Below are positions 27,408 to 28,052 of a stretch of DNA of 28,052 bases, piece after piece (the first letter of the stretch is position 1; every line of letters begins with the position of its first letter). Source of the DNA: a virus (lineage: Duplodnaviria > Caudoviricetes). A program made the translations under genes and the position numbers. The stretch is taken from positions 1-28,052 of IMG/VR virus record IMGVR_UViG_3300005573_000242; one strand, given 5' to 3'. The notes beneath the pieces were generated by a model, which saw only the letters and a list, made by a program, of their open reading frames with translations, had not been told where the DNA came from and did no database searches.

Positions 27408-27565
27408 CCACTAGTTTCCTCGATATCCTAATAATAAGTATTTCTCCACTAGTTACTTCGATATCTTAAAATATTATACCACTAGTTACCTCGATATTAT
27501 TATAAAAGTATTTCTCCACTAGTCACCTCGATATCCTATAGAATATCATTAGTTTCTTCAATATC
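27408..27565. repeat. five iteron-like 20-bp direct repeats, consensus CCACTAGTTACCTCGATATC
   Basis: Copies start at 27408, 27446, 27479, 27516 and (degenerate) 27546; followed by an extremely AT-rich tract at about 27565-27700. Confidence 0.9.
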
Positions 27566-28052
27566 TTTAAAAATAAAATAAATATTATTTTTTTAATGTT
27601 TTTTTTAATTTTTTTAATAAGTAAATCCTAAATATCATTTAAAGAACAAAGAAATAAAAAAATATTTATTTAATAAATATTTTTTTAAAAAGAAAAAGAA
27701 AGATACACCCCTAAAATTCTAAAATACTCCCCAATCAGAAAAGAACTATCCCATCCCCATGTCAAATGCTATACATAAACACGACCCATGATAACATAAA
27801 CCCCAAAAAAATTATATACTTTCATAGAACGCACAGAAAAGGGGTTTCCTGGCGTTCGAAGGTTGGGATGGGTAATTATAAGGGGTAAGTCTTTCGACTG
27901 CGTTTTTCAAGGCGTAACATGGGGTTTATTTTTGTTTTTGGATGGGAGGATAAGGATGTGGGGGACAGAGGAAGGGTAAGGGGATATATCGATAGATACA
28001 GAGGGGATAGGGATAGAGATAGAGGGGGGTAATGTCTTGTATCATATATTAC

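Noticed and set aside
27441-27460. Archaeal ORB (Orc1/Cdc6 box) identity for the repeats
   Set aside because: Only TCCACT resembles the ORB core. The GAAA and G-string parts are missing, so the match is insufficient.
27408-27565. Mini-CRISPR array
   Set aside because: The units are only 20 bp and degenerate, the intervening sequences are 10-18 bp, AT-rich and partly repeated (AAGTATTTCT twice), and there are no cas genes. This fits protein-binding iterons better.
1-28052. Integrase/att sites, tRNA genes, inteins, reverse transcriptase/DGR, tail sheath, DNA polymerase
   Set aside because: No supporting motifs were seen in any ORF or intergenic region. They could lie outside the window.

Overview
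This window is most of the genome of an archaeal tailed dsDNA virus (Caudoviricetes, HK97-type head, no sheath gene, so siphovirus-like), AT-rich, with archaeal GGAGGT(GA) ribosome-binding sites and BRE/TATA promoters. The + strand arm (1-9195) is an early replication and recombination module: PCNA, several Zn-finger proteins, a DUF932-like protein, an RHH regulator, an MCM-like AAA+ helicase lacking its N-terminal tier, an RPA-like OB-fold protein, a Sak4/AAA_24-like ATPase, a fused PriS-PriL(Fe-S) primase and an XPF/ERCC4 nuclease. No DNA polymerase is visible in the window. The - strand arm (27280 to 9188) is the morphogenesis module: a portal-MuF fusion, a small wHTH-like protein, a divergent PurD-like ATP-grasp ligase, a gp10-like protein, prohead protease/scaffold, major capsid protein, adaptor, a tail terminator fused to DUF2341, tail tube, a tail assembly chaperone with a -1 frameshift, a very short tape measure, tail-tip proteins, an adhesin, the terminase subunits and a small membrane protein. 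The right-hand non-coding end carries five 20-bp iteron-like repeats, an AT-rich tract and hairpins (candidate origin or packaging site). The most notable items are the PurD-like ligase translationally coupled inside the portal operon, the CTAG-containing repeat array in a genome that seems to avoid CTAG, and three paralogous extended C2H2 zinc fingers. All family assignments come from motif recognition by eye, not database searches.
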